Shown here piece by piece: positions 39,321 to 48,629 of a stretch of DNA of 64,000 nucleotides. Below the pieces are notes generated by a model. That model worked only from the letters and a program-made list of their open reading frames with translations. It was not told the origin of the DNA and ran no database searches. Source of the DNA: Clostridia bacterium (lineage in GTDB: Bacteria > Bacillota > Clostridia > Christensenellales > Aristaeellaceae). The translations under genes were made by a program, and so were the position numbers. Location: positions 25,342 through 89,341 of the forward strand of contig JAGAAC010000063.1 of assembly GCA_017615475.1 (NCBI GenBank). Direction: 5' to 3'. Position 1 is the first letter of the stretch. Every line of letters begins with the position of its first letter.

Positions 39321-40932
39321 ATTTTTCAATCAGTTCAAGGATTTTTCTGGTCAGTTTTTTCAGTTCACTGTTGGAATGTCCCTTCAGGTTTTCTGTGTAG
39401 GCCGCCAGTTTCCGGACCGCGTCTGTCAGTTCGCTGTAAATATCATCACTGCGGGAGCGTGAAGCGGATACATGAGAGGTTCCGGCGGGCTTTTCCCTGT
39501 ATACAGGTGCCGTCAGCCTGATCCACTCCCCTTTCAGCAGATCAAATTCCGATCCGGAATACGGCGCACAGGCCTGCAGACCGAGTTTTTCCCTGATGAT
39601 ATCAGCAAATCCGGCACAGGATTCATCGTCTCCGTGATTGACAAAAACATAGGAGGGTTTCTTCTGATATGCCTCAAGCCAGCGAATCAGACCATCCCGG
39701 TCTGCGTGGCCCGAGATGCCGGCCAGGAGTGAAATCTGCGCGTTGACATCAATCTCCTCACCCAGGATCTTTACTGACTTGGCGCCTTCATAGATGATTC
39801 TTCCCAAAGTACCGTTTGCCTGATATCCTGCAAACAGGATCGTATTCCTTTTATCCCACAGGTTATGTTTCAGGTGATGGCGGATCCGTCCGCCTTCGCA
39901 CATGCCTCCGGAGGAAATGATGACTTTGGGTGTCTGGTTGGCATTCAGCGCTTTCGATTCTTCAGATGAGATAATGGTATTCAGTCCGTCAAACCAGATC
40001 GGATTCTGTCCGTCCGACATAATCTCCTTTGTTACGGGATCCAGACAGTCGGGGCTGCACTGAAGGAATACAGCCGTAGCCTCGTTGGCAAGCGGACTGT
40101 CCACATAGACCGGAAAAGATTCAAATTCAGGCAGCAGATGATTCTGCTTGATTTCGCGCAGGAAATACAGGATTTCCTGTGTGCGTCCGACAGCGAATGA
40201 AGGAATAATAACACTGCCTCCCCTGCTGAAAGTCTGCCTGAGTATTTCAGTCAGCGCAGGTACAGGCGCCTGAACAGATTCATGAAGCCGCGTTCCGTAG
40301 GTGGATTCAATCAGAAGATAATCAGCTTCCCCGATATTCTGGGGATTATTGATGATCGGCTGGTCTGTGTTTCCGACATCACCGCTGCAGACAAGCTTTC
40401 TTTTCTCACCCTGATCTTCCAGGAATAATTCAAGGAAAGAGGAGCCGAGGAGATGCCCAGCGTCAGTGAAACGCACGGAGAGTCCCTCGTCTATCATATA
40501 GATTTCACCGTAAACGCAGGGCCTGAACAGTTCCATGACAGCAGCCGCGTCCTCCGCTGTATAAAGCGGTTCCACAGCGGTACCGCTGTGGCGAAGGTTC
40601 TTCTTTGTTTCGTAGGCAGCGTCCGTTTCCTGTATATGGGCGCTGTCAGCCAGCATGATGGAACAAAGGTTCGTTGTTTCCGGCGTGGCATATATGCCGC
40701 CCCGGAACCCCTGCCTGTAAAGAAGCGGCAGAAGGCCGGAATGATCGATATGCGCATGGGTCAGAAAAACATATTCAATCTTTGACGCAGCTGCAGGCAG
40801 TTCTGAACGGACATACTCATTTTCCCCCTGTTCCATCCCGTAATCAACCAGAAAAAAGCGGTTGTCCATCCATTCCACAAGCGTACAGCTTCCGGTGACC
40901 TGGTGTGCAGCGCCGATAAATGTTATTTTCAT
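39319..40932 (-). CDS. MBL-fold beta-CASP ribonuclease (YSH1/CPSF73-like family)
   Basis: THAHIDHSG, AGHLLGS, SGD, ESTYG, FAVGRTQE, SGHAD, VNHGD. Confidence 0.9.
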   Translation of the reverse strand: MKITFIGAAHQVTGSCTLVEWMDNRFFLVDYGMEQGENEYVRSELPAAASKIEYVFLTHAHIDHSGLLPLLYRQGFRGGIYATPETTNLCSIMLADSAHIQETDAAYETKKNLRHSGTAVEPLYTAEDAAAVMELFRPCVYGEIYMIDEGLSVRFTDAGHLLGSSFLELFLEDQGEKRKLVCSGDVGNTDQPIINNPQNIGEADYLLIESTYGTRLHESVQAPVPALTEILRQTFSRGGSVIIPSFAVGRTQEILYFLREIKQNHLLPEFESFPVYVDSPLANEATAVFLQCSPDCLDPVTKEIMSDGQNPIWFDGLNTIISSEESKALNANQTPKVIISSGGMCEGGRIRHHLKHNLWDKRNTILFAGYQANGTLGRIIYEGAKSVKILGEEIDVNAQISLLAGISGHADRDGLIRWLEAYQKKPSYVFVNHGDDESCAGFADIIREKLGLQACAPYSGSEFDLLKGEWIRLTAPVYREKPAGTSHVSASRSRSDDIYSELTDAVRKLAAYTENLKGHSNSELKKLTRKILELIEK

Positions 40933-41017
40933 ACAGAACGGACCCTTTCATCTGTTTATATTTGCAAAACATCATTCAGGCCGATATAATAAATAGGCTT
41001 TTGTGCTGCCCGGGAGT

Positions 41018-41209
41018 TTACCGGCCTTCGGCATCCTCCTCATGTTCCAGCACAATCCCGTCAATGCCGATGCCGCGGTATTCCGCGTCTCCGTTGACGC
41101 ATTTCATACAGTTGTCACAGATCTTTTCCGGATCGAGATCGCAGCGGTCGCATTCACCGCAGCCGATACACTCCCTGTCATACAGTACACATTGCTTATG
41201 TACGGCCAT
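41018..41209 (-). CDS. Small cysteine-rich metal-binding protein (63 aa)
   Basis: Strong AAGGAGGT RBS; 8 Cys in C-x6-CxxCxxCxxC-x7-CxxCxxC. Confidence 0.75.
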   Translation of the reverse strand: MAVHKQCVLYDRECIGCGECDRCDLDPEKICDNCMKCVNGDAEYRGIGIDGIVLEHEEDAEGR

Positions 41210-41273
41210 CGTTCCGGAACACCTCCTTTTTGTTCATTATACATTTTGTCCGAAAGGATGGTCAAGCACAGTC

Positions 41274-41774
41274 ATGGTTGAACTCCGCACCTTTACGGAA
41301 AAGGAATACCATCAGTTTTTCAGGGAATATGAATCTGATCCGTTGATGGATCCGGTTCCTTTTGTATATAATAAGGAGCAGATATCCCGTTCCTATGCCT
41401 ATAATCATGGCGGCTTCAGGGAAAACTACGCGCACTACGGCATTTTCCTTGACGGAAAACCTGTGGGGTCATTCCAGCTGAAAAGAATGGATCCTGTCCG
41501 TAAATGCTGTGAATTCGGAATCATCCTGAAAAATGATTCGGTCAAAAACCGCGGAATAGGGTCTGAAGCAATCCGCCTGGGCCTTGAAACAGCCCGCAGC
41601 CGTTTCGGAATGAAAACCGTTATGGGCGATACCATGGGGCGAAACAAGCGCATGATCCATGTTTTCGAAAAGCTTGGGTTTACGCTGATCGAAACCATAC
41701 CGGAATCGTTTGAACTTCCCGGCGGTATAAAGGAAGACCGGCTGGTATTTCAGAAGAACCTGGAGGAGGACTGA
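41274..41774 (+). CDS. GNAT family N-acetyltransferase (RimL-like)
   Basis: EFGIIL, KNRGIGSEAI acetyl-CoA motif, N.RMIHVFEKLGF. Confidence 0.85.
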   Translation: MVELRTFTEKEYHQFFREYESDPLMDPVPFVYNKEQISRSYAYNHGGFRENYAHYGIFLDGKPVGSFQLKRMDPVRKCCEFGIILKNDSVKNRGIGSEAIRLGLETARSRFGMKTVMGDTMGRNKRMIHVFEKLGFTLIETIPESFELPGGIKEDRLVFQKNLEED

Positions 41775-41779
41775 ATCAT

Positions 41780-42958
41780 ATGGCTGCACAAATTACGCTT
41801 AAACCCGGAAAGGAAAAACGGGTTTACACTTTACATCCATGGATTTTCAAAAGCGACATTGACAAGCTGGATGCCCAGTGCCTGCCGGGTGATACGGTTG
41901 ATATCATGAGTGCCAAAGGACGTTTCCTGGCCCGCGGATACTACAATCCGAACAGTCAGATTGCTCTTCGGATTATGACCTATAACGAAGATGAGGCAGT
42001 AGACCGGGAACTCATATTCCGCCGGATTCATGAAGCGGTCGAATACAGGCGCTCCTTTGCGGACCTCAGAAGCTGCCGTCTCGTTTTTGCCGAAAGCGAC
42101 AGGCTTCCGGCTCTGATTGTGGATGCGTTTGACGACATTCTGGTTTTGCAGTGCCTGGCCCTTGGCATGGAAAGGTTTAAACAGGATGTCGTTGATGCTC
42201 TTGTGGAAGAGCTTCATCCCCGGGGAATCTGGGAGCGCAATGATGTTCCCGTTCGAAGGCTGGAAGGCCTCGATATGTGCACCGGTTTATTGTACGGCGA
42301 GGTTCCGGATCGTGTTCAGATCGTTGAGAACGGCGTCAAATTCTGGGTGGATGTCAAGGAAGGCCAGAAAACCGGCTTTTTCCTGGACCAGAAGGAAAAC
42401 CGCGCAGCTATCGCTCCTTTTGTAAAAGACAAGCGGGTACTGGATTGTTTCACACATACCGGTTCCTTTGCCCTGCATGCCGGCCATTACGGCGCCGCCG
42501 AAGTGACCGGTGTGGATATCAGCGAATATGCCTGCACCTTCGCAACGGAAAACGCGAAGCTGAACGGTCTGGAAGACAGGGTCCGTTTTGTGACTGCCAA
42601 TGCCTTTGATCTGCTGTCAGACCAGAGCCGAAAAAAGGAAAAATATGACGTGATTATTCTGGATCCGCCCGCTTTTACAAAAACGCGCAATGCTGTTGAA
42701 AGCGCGCTGCGGGGCTATAAGGAAATCAACCTGCGCGCCATGAAAATGATTGAAACAGGCGGATATCTGGTTACCTGTTCCTGCAGCCAGCATGTACTGC
42801 CCGATCTGTTCCGGAAAATGGTACTTGATGCAGCCAGGGATGCCAGAATTCTCCTGAGACAGGTTGAATTCAGAACGCAGGGAAAAGATCATCCGATCCT
42901 TCCTTACGCACAGGAAACCGAATATCTGAAATGCGGTATCTATCAGGTTTTCAGGTAA
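41780..42958 (+). CDS. PUA-domain class I SAM-dependent rRNA m5C methyltransferase (RlmI-like)
   Basis: HPWIF, ESDRLP, GQKTGFFLDQ, LDPPAF, TCSCS. Confidence 0.88.
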   Translation: MAAQITLKPGKEKRVYTLHPWIFKSDIDKLDAQCLPGDTVDIMSAKGRFLARGYYNPNSQIALRIMTYNEDEAVDRELIFRRIHEAVEYRRSFADLRSCRLVFAESDRLPALIVDAFDDILVLQCLALGMERFKQDVVDALVEELHPRGIWERNDVPVRRLEGLDMCTGLLYGEVPDRVQIVENGVKFWVDVKEGQKTGFFLDQKENRAAIAPFVKDKRVLDCFTHTGSFALHAGHYGAAEVTGVDISEYACTFATENAKLNGLEDRVRFVTANAFDLLSDQSRKKEKYDVIILDPPAFTKTRNAVESALRGYKEINLRAMKMIETGGYLVTCSCSQHVLPDLFRKMVLDAARDARILLRQVEFRTQGKDHPILPYAQETEYLKCGIYQVFR

Positions 42959-42981
42959 AGAACGGCTATCGTTAAACAACT

Positions 42982-43878
42982 TCAGGTATCATAACCGAGA
43001 TTCTTCAGATCGGAGGCATTGTTCCGCCAGTCCGGACGGACTTTCACCCACAGTTTCAGGTTCACATGGGTATCCAGGAGCTTTTCGATATCAGTTCTGG
43101 CTTCTGTTCCGATTGTCTGAAGCATGGTGCCGTTTTTTCCGATGATGATTCCTTTGTGAGCGTTTCGTTCGCAATACACCGTGGCGTTGATCTCTGTCAG
43201 CCTGTCACTGAGCTGCTCAATTTTCATCATTTCAACACCGATTCCGTGTGGCACTTCGTCCCTCAGGTGACGAAGTGCTTTTTCGCGGATAATTTCAGCA
43301 CAGAGAATACGCTCCGGCTGATCCGTAATCATATCATCAGGGAAATAGCGTGGTCCTTCCGGAAGACGGCAGCTGATGCTGCTGATCAGGTCATCCACTC
43401 CGCTGCCTGTTCTTGCGCTTACGGGAATAATTTCATCAAATCCGGCTTCCGCTGTTTTTGCGGTCGCAGCAAGGATGGCTTCCGGCGTGGCCAGGTCGAT
43501 TTTATTCAGCGCAAGGATGACAGGAACCTTCTTCCCTTTCATTTCCGACGCAATGGATAAATCATTGTCGGTGATATGCGTGACGTCAAAAATGACCAGG
43601 ACGGCATCCGTTCCGTCCATGGCATCCTTTACGGAATGCATCATATACTCACCCAGACGTGTACGCGGATCATGAATTCCCGGTGTATCCAGAAATACAA
43701 TCTGATAATCTTCCCTGGACAGAACGCCCATGATACGGCTGCGGGTGGTCTGGGGACGGCTGGATACAATGGCGATTTTTTCGCCGATCATCCTGTTCAT
43801 CAGGGAGGACTTCCCCACATTCGGCCTGCCGATAATGGTAACAAATCCGGAATGGAATTTCTTTTCCTGCTGTTTCAT
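42982..43878 (-). CDS. era: GTPase Era
   Basis: GRPNVGKS, QTTR, DTPG, NKID, KH domain IIIGKNG, LKLWVKV. Confidence 0.97.
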   Translation of the reverse strand: MKQQEKKFHSGFVTIIGRPNVGKSSLMNRMIGEKIAIVSSRPQTTRSRIMGVLSREDYQIVFLDTPGIHDPRTRLGEYMMHSVKDAMDGTDAVLVIFDVTHITDNDLSIASEMKGKKVPVILALNKIDLATPEAILAATAKTAEAGFDEIIPVSARTGSGVDDLISSISCRLPEGPRYFPDDMITDQPERILCAEIIREKALRHLRDEVPHGIGVEMMKIEQLSDRLTEINATVYCERNAHKGIIIGKNGTMLQTIGTEARTDIEKLLDTHVNLKLWVKVRPDWRNNASDLKNLGYDT

Positions 43879-43891
43879 AACAATCTCCTGC

Positions 43892-44779
43892 TTATTCGTC
43901 CATACTGTGCGGCCCAAAGCTTTCAGGAAGCAGCTCAGTCAGTCTTTTTTCCTCCACGTGGTCTTCCCAGGTCACAAGAATCCTGATATCGGGAGCAAAT
44001 TCATTCAGCACCTGCCTGCATGCTCCGCAGGGCCAGGCTTTTTTTCTGGCGGCAATGGCTATGGTATCAAAGGAGAGTACTCCTTCGCTCACTGCTTTGA
44101 ACAGGGCCGTACGCTCCGCGCAGTTCGTCAGTCCGAAGGATGCGTTTTCAATATTGCATCCTGTGAAAACCCTTCCGTCTGTGGAACGGAGCGCTGCACC
44201 GACGGGAAATGAGGAATAGGGCGAATAGCTTTTCTTCATAGCTTCCCGTGCCATATCCAGCAAAACAGCATCTTCCCGGGCTTCCGGTTCCCTTGTGACA
44301 GAAGCGGCGGAAAGTATTTTTTCTTCCATTTTCCTCATCCTCTCCTTGTCTTGATCCACCATATGATCATATCCCATCAGATGGCAGATGCCGTGTACAA
44401 GAAGGTAAACTCCTTCCCGCATCACGGAATGACCGTATTCCTGCGCCTGGGCAGTCATATGGGGAACTGATATAAACAGATCCCCCAGAAACACAGCGTC
44501 TGTTTCGTCATCGTATTCCTGTCTGAGGAGAGACGGGCAGCTGCCGGCGGTTTTCCCCTCAGGATAGGATACCGACGGAAAGGAAAGCACGTCCGTTGAA
44601 CGGTCTATTCCTCTGTATTTTTTATTGATTTCAGCAATTGTTTCATCATCACAAAGGCATACCGATACGGCGCAGTCTGCTGTCACCTTTTCGCATTTCA
44701 GGCACAGATCCGCTGCCGTCTGCATTTTCAGCAGGATTTCATCATCTGTCTGAACCCTTACATCCCACTCAATCAGCAC
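43892..44779 (-). CDS. ybeY-cdd: Fused rRNA-maturation RNase YbeY and cytidine deaminase
   Basis: N-half TDVLSFP, LGD, HGICHLMGYDH (YbeY); C-half YSPYSSFPVGAA, NIENAS, CAE, PCGACRQ (Cdd), in one frame. Confidence 0.9.
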   Translation of the reverse strand: MLIEWDVRVQTDDEILLKMQTAADLCLKCEKVTADCAVSVCLCDDETIAEINKKYRGIDRSTDVLSFPSVSYPEGKTAGSCPSLLRQEYDDETDAVFLGDLFISVPHMTAQAQEYGHSVMREGVYLLVHGICHLMGYDHMVDQDKERMRKMEEKILSAASVTREPEAREDAVLLDMAREAMKKSYSPYSSFPVGAALRSTDGRVFTGCNIENASFGLTNCAERTALFKAVSEGVLSFDTIAIAARKKAWPCGACRQVLNEFAPDIRILVTWEDHVEEKRLTELLPESFGPHSMDE

Positions 44780-47108
44780 TTTCTGCCTCCCTGCCGGTAT
44801 GCCGGCCGGTCTGATTTTCTTCGTCTGTCTCTTCAGAAGTGACAGCTGTTTTTTCGGGATCGTTTTTCTCCTCGTCCGCAGGTTCCGCTTTCGTATTTTT
44901 CACGCTGCTCTGGGCAGGTTCGGATTCTGCCGCGGGTACATTTGTTTTTGTGCCGGGCTGAACAGCGTATTTCTCGACCTTGGGATACTCGATCCTTTCA
45001 TGGTATACGCCTTTCAGGATGCCGGAAAACGCATTGCAGATCTCATCGATATCATGAAGGGACAGCGGGCATTCACTGAGCTGTCCGTCTTCCAGTTTGC
45101 CGCGGATCAGGCGTTCAATATACTGATCGATTGCTTTGGGGGTAGGATCCTTCATGGAGCGGACTGCCGCTTCAATGCTGTCCGCCATCATAACAATGGA
45201 AGCCTCACGGGTTCTCGGTTTAGGACCGGAATAGCGGAAATCATTGATGTCCACATGTTTTCCGTCAGACAACTGCAGCGCTTTGTGATAAAAGAACATC
45301 ACAGGCGTCACACCGTGGTGCTGGAGAATAATATCCTGTACTTCGGGCGGCAGGTGATCCTTCTGGGCCATCAGCGCACCATCCTTTGTGTGAGAAGTCA
45401 GGATGGCAGCGGAAATATAGGGATCCGTTTTTTCATGTGGATTGGATCCATGCTGGTTTTCACTGAAATAACCCGGCCTTTTCAGCTTGCCGATATCATG
45501 GTAATAGGCGCCGGCTCTGGCAAGATAGGCATTGGCGCCGATTTTGTCCGCAGCGGCTTCTGCCAGGTTGGCAACGATGATGGAATGATGATAGGTACCG
45601 GGCGCTTCAATCATCAATCTCTTCATCAGGGGATGATTAGGATTGGTGATTTCGAGCAGCCGGCTGGGCGTCGCCAGATGGAATAAAGTTTCAAAGGCTG
45701 GCTGCAAAGCAACTGCCAGTGTACCGCTCAGCAGGCTGCCGGCGACCGTCCAGACGCCCGTCTGAATCATATTCAGCGTCTCGGCGGAAGTCAGCAGTTT
45801 AATGCCGGCAATCATCACTATATTGACTACCGCGGCAAGCATACCGGAAAGGAGCACGCGGATACGCTGGGGCCTTCCCTTCAGGAACCAGACAGTGGCT
45901 ACACCGCAGGAAAGCGTATTGGCCATAATAACGACCACATCGTAGAACGTTGTACTGCTGCTGCAGGAGGTAATGGCCGCAAAAAGCAGTGTAAGCGGAA
46001 CAATCAGGACAAGACCGGCCCTGTATCCAATCAGAACGGTACCGAGAATCGCGCCAAGTGAAATCGGAATGACATATATGCTGGGAAGCAGAGTCGCCAG
46101 CGAAGCGAACCCGACACAGAGAACGAGAATAATCAGGATGACAGCCAGCCTTCGGATTTCGGTCAGAAGATCCTTCAGAAGCAGCCTGAGCATCATCAGG
46201 AGGATAACCATGGAAATAACGACAATGATAGAGGCACCGTAATAGATGGAATAGTCATAACTGTTTTCATTCAGCATTCCCAGGCTTCGCAGCATCTCGA
46301 TCTGGCTGAGGGTGATGCGGTCGCCTTCACGGATGATATTCTGTCCCTGCAGGAACACGATCGGTTCCACAGCATCCCTTGCCTTCTGGCGTGCCTCTTC
46401 CGTTTCTTCCGGATCGCTGATCATATTCGGTTTGATGCAGGTACGCAGAACAGTGGGTACAATAATCTGGGTAAATGAGATATCCAGTGAATAACCGACG
46501 TTCTGCTGAATATTGCTGATGGCCTGGTTGACCTGCCCCTCACGGATGGTTGAGGCATTCAGAGAGTTTTCAACTGCTTTTGTGACAGTGGTGACCATTT
46601 TTTCGAATTCATCCGTATCGGACCTGAGAATGATTTCAAGCTGGGTACGGTTTAATTCGAGAATATCTATCATGGAAAACGCGTATTCGATTTCTTCCTC
46701 TGAGAACGGCCTGTCAGCAATCAGTTCCCCGTCTCTGGAGGTCCTCAGCATCAGTCCGTACTGCTGAATCGCCCTAAGTTCCTGGAAAGCTCCGGAAAGG
46801 CTTGCAAGCACCTCTTCCTTAACGCCCTGCTTAAAATGCAGATTGGGAACAACCTGTTCAGCCGCCGCGTTCTGTTTTTCCTCCGTTGTTACCTTGTCAA
46901 CAACATCCTTGGTCGCATCGACTGTAACATGTGAAATAGACCCCACACGAAGATCATACTTCCGGGGTGTGCACACACAGAAAAGAAGGCCCAGGATAAT
47001 CAGAAACGCAGCCAGAATCATCAGGAGGCATTTGCTTTTGGAGGAATGGAGCCATAGTTGAACCGAATCCCTGAAACCCTTCTTCTGATTCGTTTTACTC
47101 TCTGTCAT
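44769..47108 (-). CDS. pgpH: 7TM-HD phosphohydrolase, PgpH-like c-di-AMP phosphodiesterase
   Basis: Extracellular domain, 7 TM, APGTYHHS, YYHDIGK, QHHG, ADSIEAA; conserved phoH-pgpH-ybeY order. Confidence 0.85.
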   Translation of the reverse strand: MTESKTNQKKGFRDSVQLWLHSSKSKCLLMILAAFLIILGLLFCVCTPRKYDLRVGSISHVTVDATKDVVDKVTTEEKQNAAAEQVVPNLHFKQGVKEEVLASLSGAFQELRAIQQYGLMLRTSRDGELIADRPFSEEEIEYAFSMIDILELNRTQLEIILRSDTDEFEKMVTTVTKAVENSLNASTIREGQVNQAISNIQQNVGYSLDISFTQIIVPTVLRTCIKPNMISDPEETEEARQKARDAVEPIVFLQGQNIIREGDRITLSQIEMLRSLGMLNENSYDYSIYYGASIIVVISMVILLMMLRLLLKDLLTEIRRLAVILIILVLCVGFASLATLLPSIYVIPISLGAILGTVLIGYRAGLVLIVPLTLLFAAITSCSSSTTFYDVVVIMANTLSCGVATVWFLKGRPQRIRVLLSGMLAAVVNIVMIAGIKLLTSAETLNMIQTGVWTVAGSLLSGTLAVALQPAFETLFHLATPSRLLEITNPNHPLMKRLMIEAPGTYHHSIIVANLAEAAADKIGANAYLARAGAYYHDIGKLKRPGYFSENQHGSNPHEKTDPYISAAILTSHTKDGALMAQKDHLPPEVQDIILQHHGVTPVMFFYHKALQLSDGKHVDINDFRYSGPKPRTREASIVMMADSIEAAVRSMKDPTPKAIDQYIERLIRGKLEDGQLSECPLSLHDIDEICNAFSGILKGVYHERIEYPKVEKYAVQPGTKTNVPAAESEPAQSSVKNTKAEPADEEKNDPEKTAVTSEETDEENQTGRHTGREAESAD

Positions 47109-48094
47109 TGTTCGTCCTTTCCGGATGCAGAATCCGAAACATGCGTTTTTTCATATGCTTCAACAATCTGCTGAACAAGTTCATGACGTACGATATCCTT
47201 GCCGGACAGTTCCACAATACCGATTTCGGGAATGTTCCGCAGGAGATTCACCGCTTCGGCGAGACCGGATTTTTTGCCTGCGGGCAGGTCTGTCTGGGTG
47301 ATATCCCCTGTGACAACCACCCTGGACCGGAATCCCATACGGGTGAGGAACATTTTCATCTGTTCCGATGTGGTATTCTGGGCTTCATCCAGGATAATAA
47401 AAGCATCGGACAGTGTACGCCCGCGCATATAGGCCAGCGGCGCCACTTCCACAATTCCCCGTTCAATCAGCTTGTTGTATGAATCAGAACCCATGAAATC
47501 GTACATGGCATCATACAGCGGGCGAAGATAAGGATCCACCTTCTGCGTCAGATCCCCGGGAAGAAATCCGAGTTTCTCTCCCGCTTCGACAGCGGGCCTC
47601 GTAAGAATGATTCTTTCCACTTCCTTGTTTTTTAACGCCATCACCGCCAGGGCCATGGCCAGATAGGTTTTACCCGTACCGGCGGGGCCCACGGCAAAAG
47701 TCAGCACATGGTTGCGGATGGTATCCACATACAGCTTCTGTCCGACTGTCTTGCAGGTGATTTCCTTACCGCGGTGTGTAACCGCAATAACCCTTTTCAG
47801 GTTTTCCTCGATCTGCGAGACCTTTCCCTCGCGGACCATGGCAATGGTGTAACGAATGCGGATTCTGTCAACATTTTCGTTCCGGTGGATCATTTCCAGA
47901 AGAAGCGTGACTACCTGCCGCGCAAGCTCCCGGTCTTTCCCGTCACCGGTAATAACGAGATGATTGCGCCGCAGGGCAATACTCACATTGCATTCCTGCT
48001 CAATCAGCGCAATGTTTCGGTCGTTCATTCCGAAAAGAGAAACATAGGCGTCCATGGATTCGGCTGTCAGTTCCAGTTCTGTTGCTTCAGGCAA
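47105..48094 (-). CDS. phoH: PhoH-family ATPase
   Basis: GPAGTGKT, RPAVEAGEKLGFLPG, LAYMRGRT, LDEAQN, GDITQTD. Confidence 0.95.
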   Translation of the reverse strand: MPEATELELTAESMDAYVSLFGMNDRNIALIEQECNVSIALRRNHLVITGDGKDRELARQVVTLLLEMIHRNENVDRIRIRYTIAMVREGKVSQIEENLKRVIAVTHRGKEITCKTVGQKLYVDTIRNHVLTFAVGPAGTGKTYLAMALAVMALKNKEVERIILTRPAVEAGEKLGFLPGDLTQKVDPYLRPLYDAMYDFMGSDSYNKLIERGIVEVAPLAYMRGRTLSDAFIILDEAQNTTSEQMKMFLTRMGFRSRVVVTGDITQTDLPAGKKSGLAEAVNLLRNIPEIGIVELSGKDIVRHELVQQIVEAYEKTHVSDSASGKDEQ

Positions 48095-48291
48095 ATCTGC
48101 GACTTCCCTTCTTCTGATTCTTCTATATTATATAATGATAATGAAATACTGCCGTTTGTCAAACATAATACGCTTATTTTGAGGCACCGGATCATCCTGT
48201 TTTTCACAGTGTTTTACAGGGCATTCCGTGCGGTAGGCATCCCGTACAGAGAAAAGACAAAAAACTACGGAAAACAAGGCCGGTTGCTTTA

Positions 48292-48320
48292 TTGACACCG
48301 TTTTTGAATTATGATAGTAT
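48292..48320 (+). promoter_or_regulatory. Sigma-A promoter of the T-box leader
   Basis: TTGACA-17 bp-TAGTAT with TG extension. Confidence 0.7.
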
Positions 48321-48339
48321 CCATATAATTTCATATTGA

Positions 48340-48600
48340 GGAAAGACGATGATGGATGGTAATCCTTTCCGCAGACGCTACAGAGAGCCGCCGGATGCTG
48401 CGAGGCGGTGCCGAGCGCAAGGAGACTGCTTCCGGAGTTGGTTTCGTGAACACCTTGCGGTTATTAAGGAAACCCGGATGCCCCGTAACAGGCTGAGAAC
48501 TTGTCAGAGTTCAAGAGAGACTCCTGAATAAGGAGTAATATGGGTGGTACCGCGGAGAATTTGTTTTTCGTCCCTGAAGCATATGCTTCAGGGTTTTTTC
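48340..48600 (+). ncRNA. T-box riboswitch, probably leucine-specific
   Basis: Stem I with AGAGAG box and GCTGCGA apical loop, candidate specifier CTG in GGAGACTGCTTCC, T-box AATATGGGTGGTACCGCG (48537-48554), antiterminator partner TTCGTCCC, terminator CCCTGAAGCATATGCTTCAGGG-T6. Confidence 0.9.
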
Positions 48601-48629
48601 ATTCGTATTTTCCAAGGGAGGATTGTTTC

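Noticed and set aside
40920-41273. N-terminal extension of the GNAT ORF in the ORF track
   Set aside because: Overlaps the better-supported Cys-rich gene on the opposite strand; the real start is likely ATG at 41274
48540-48629. Upstream start for the LeuA-like ORF, and 60-aa ORF 48349-48531 as a leader peptide
   Set aside because: Both lie within the T-box RNA structure; the RBS-supported start is at 48630
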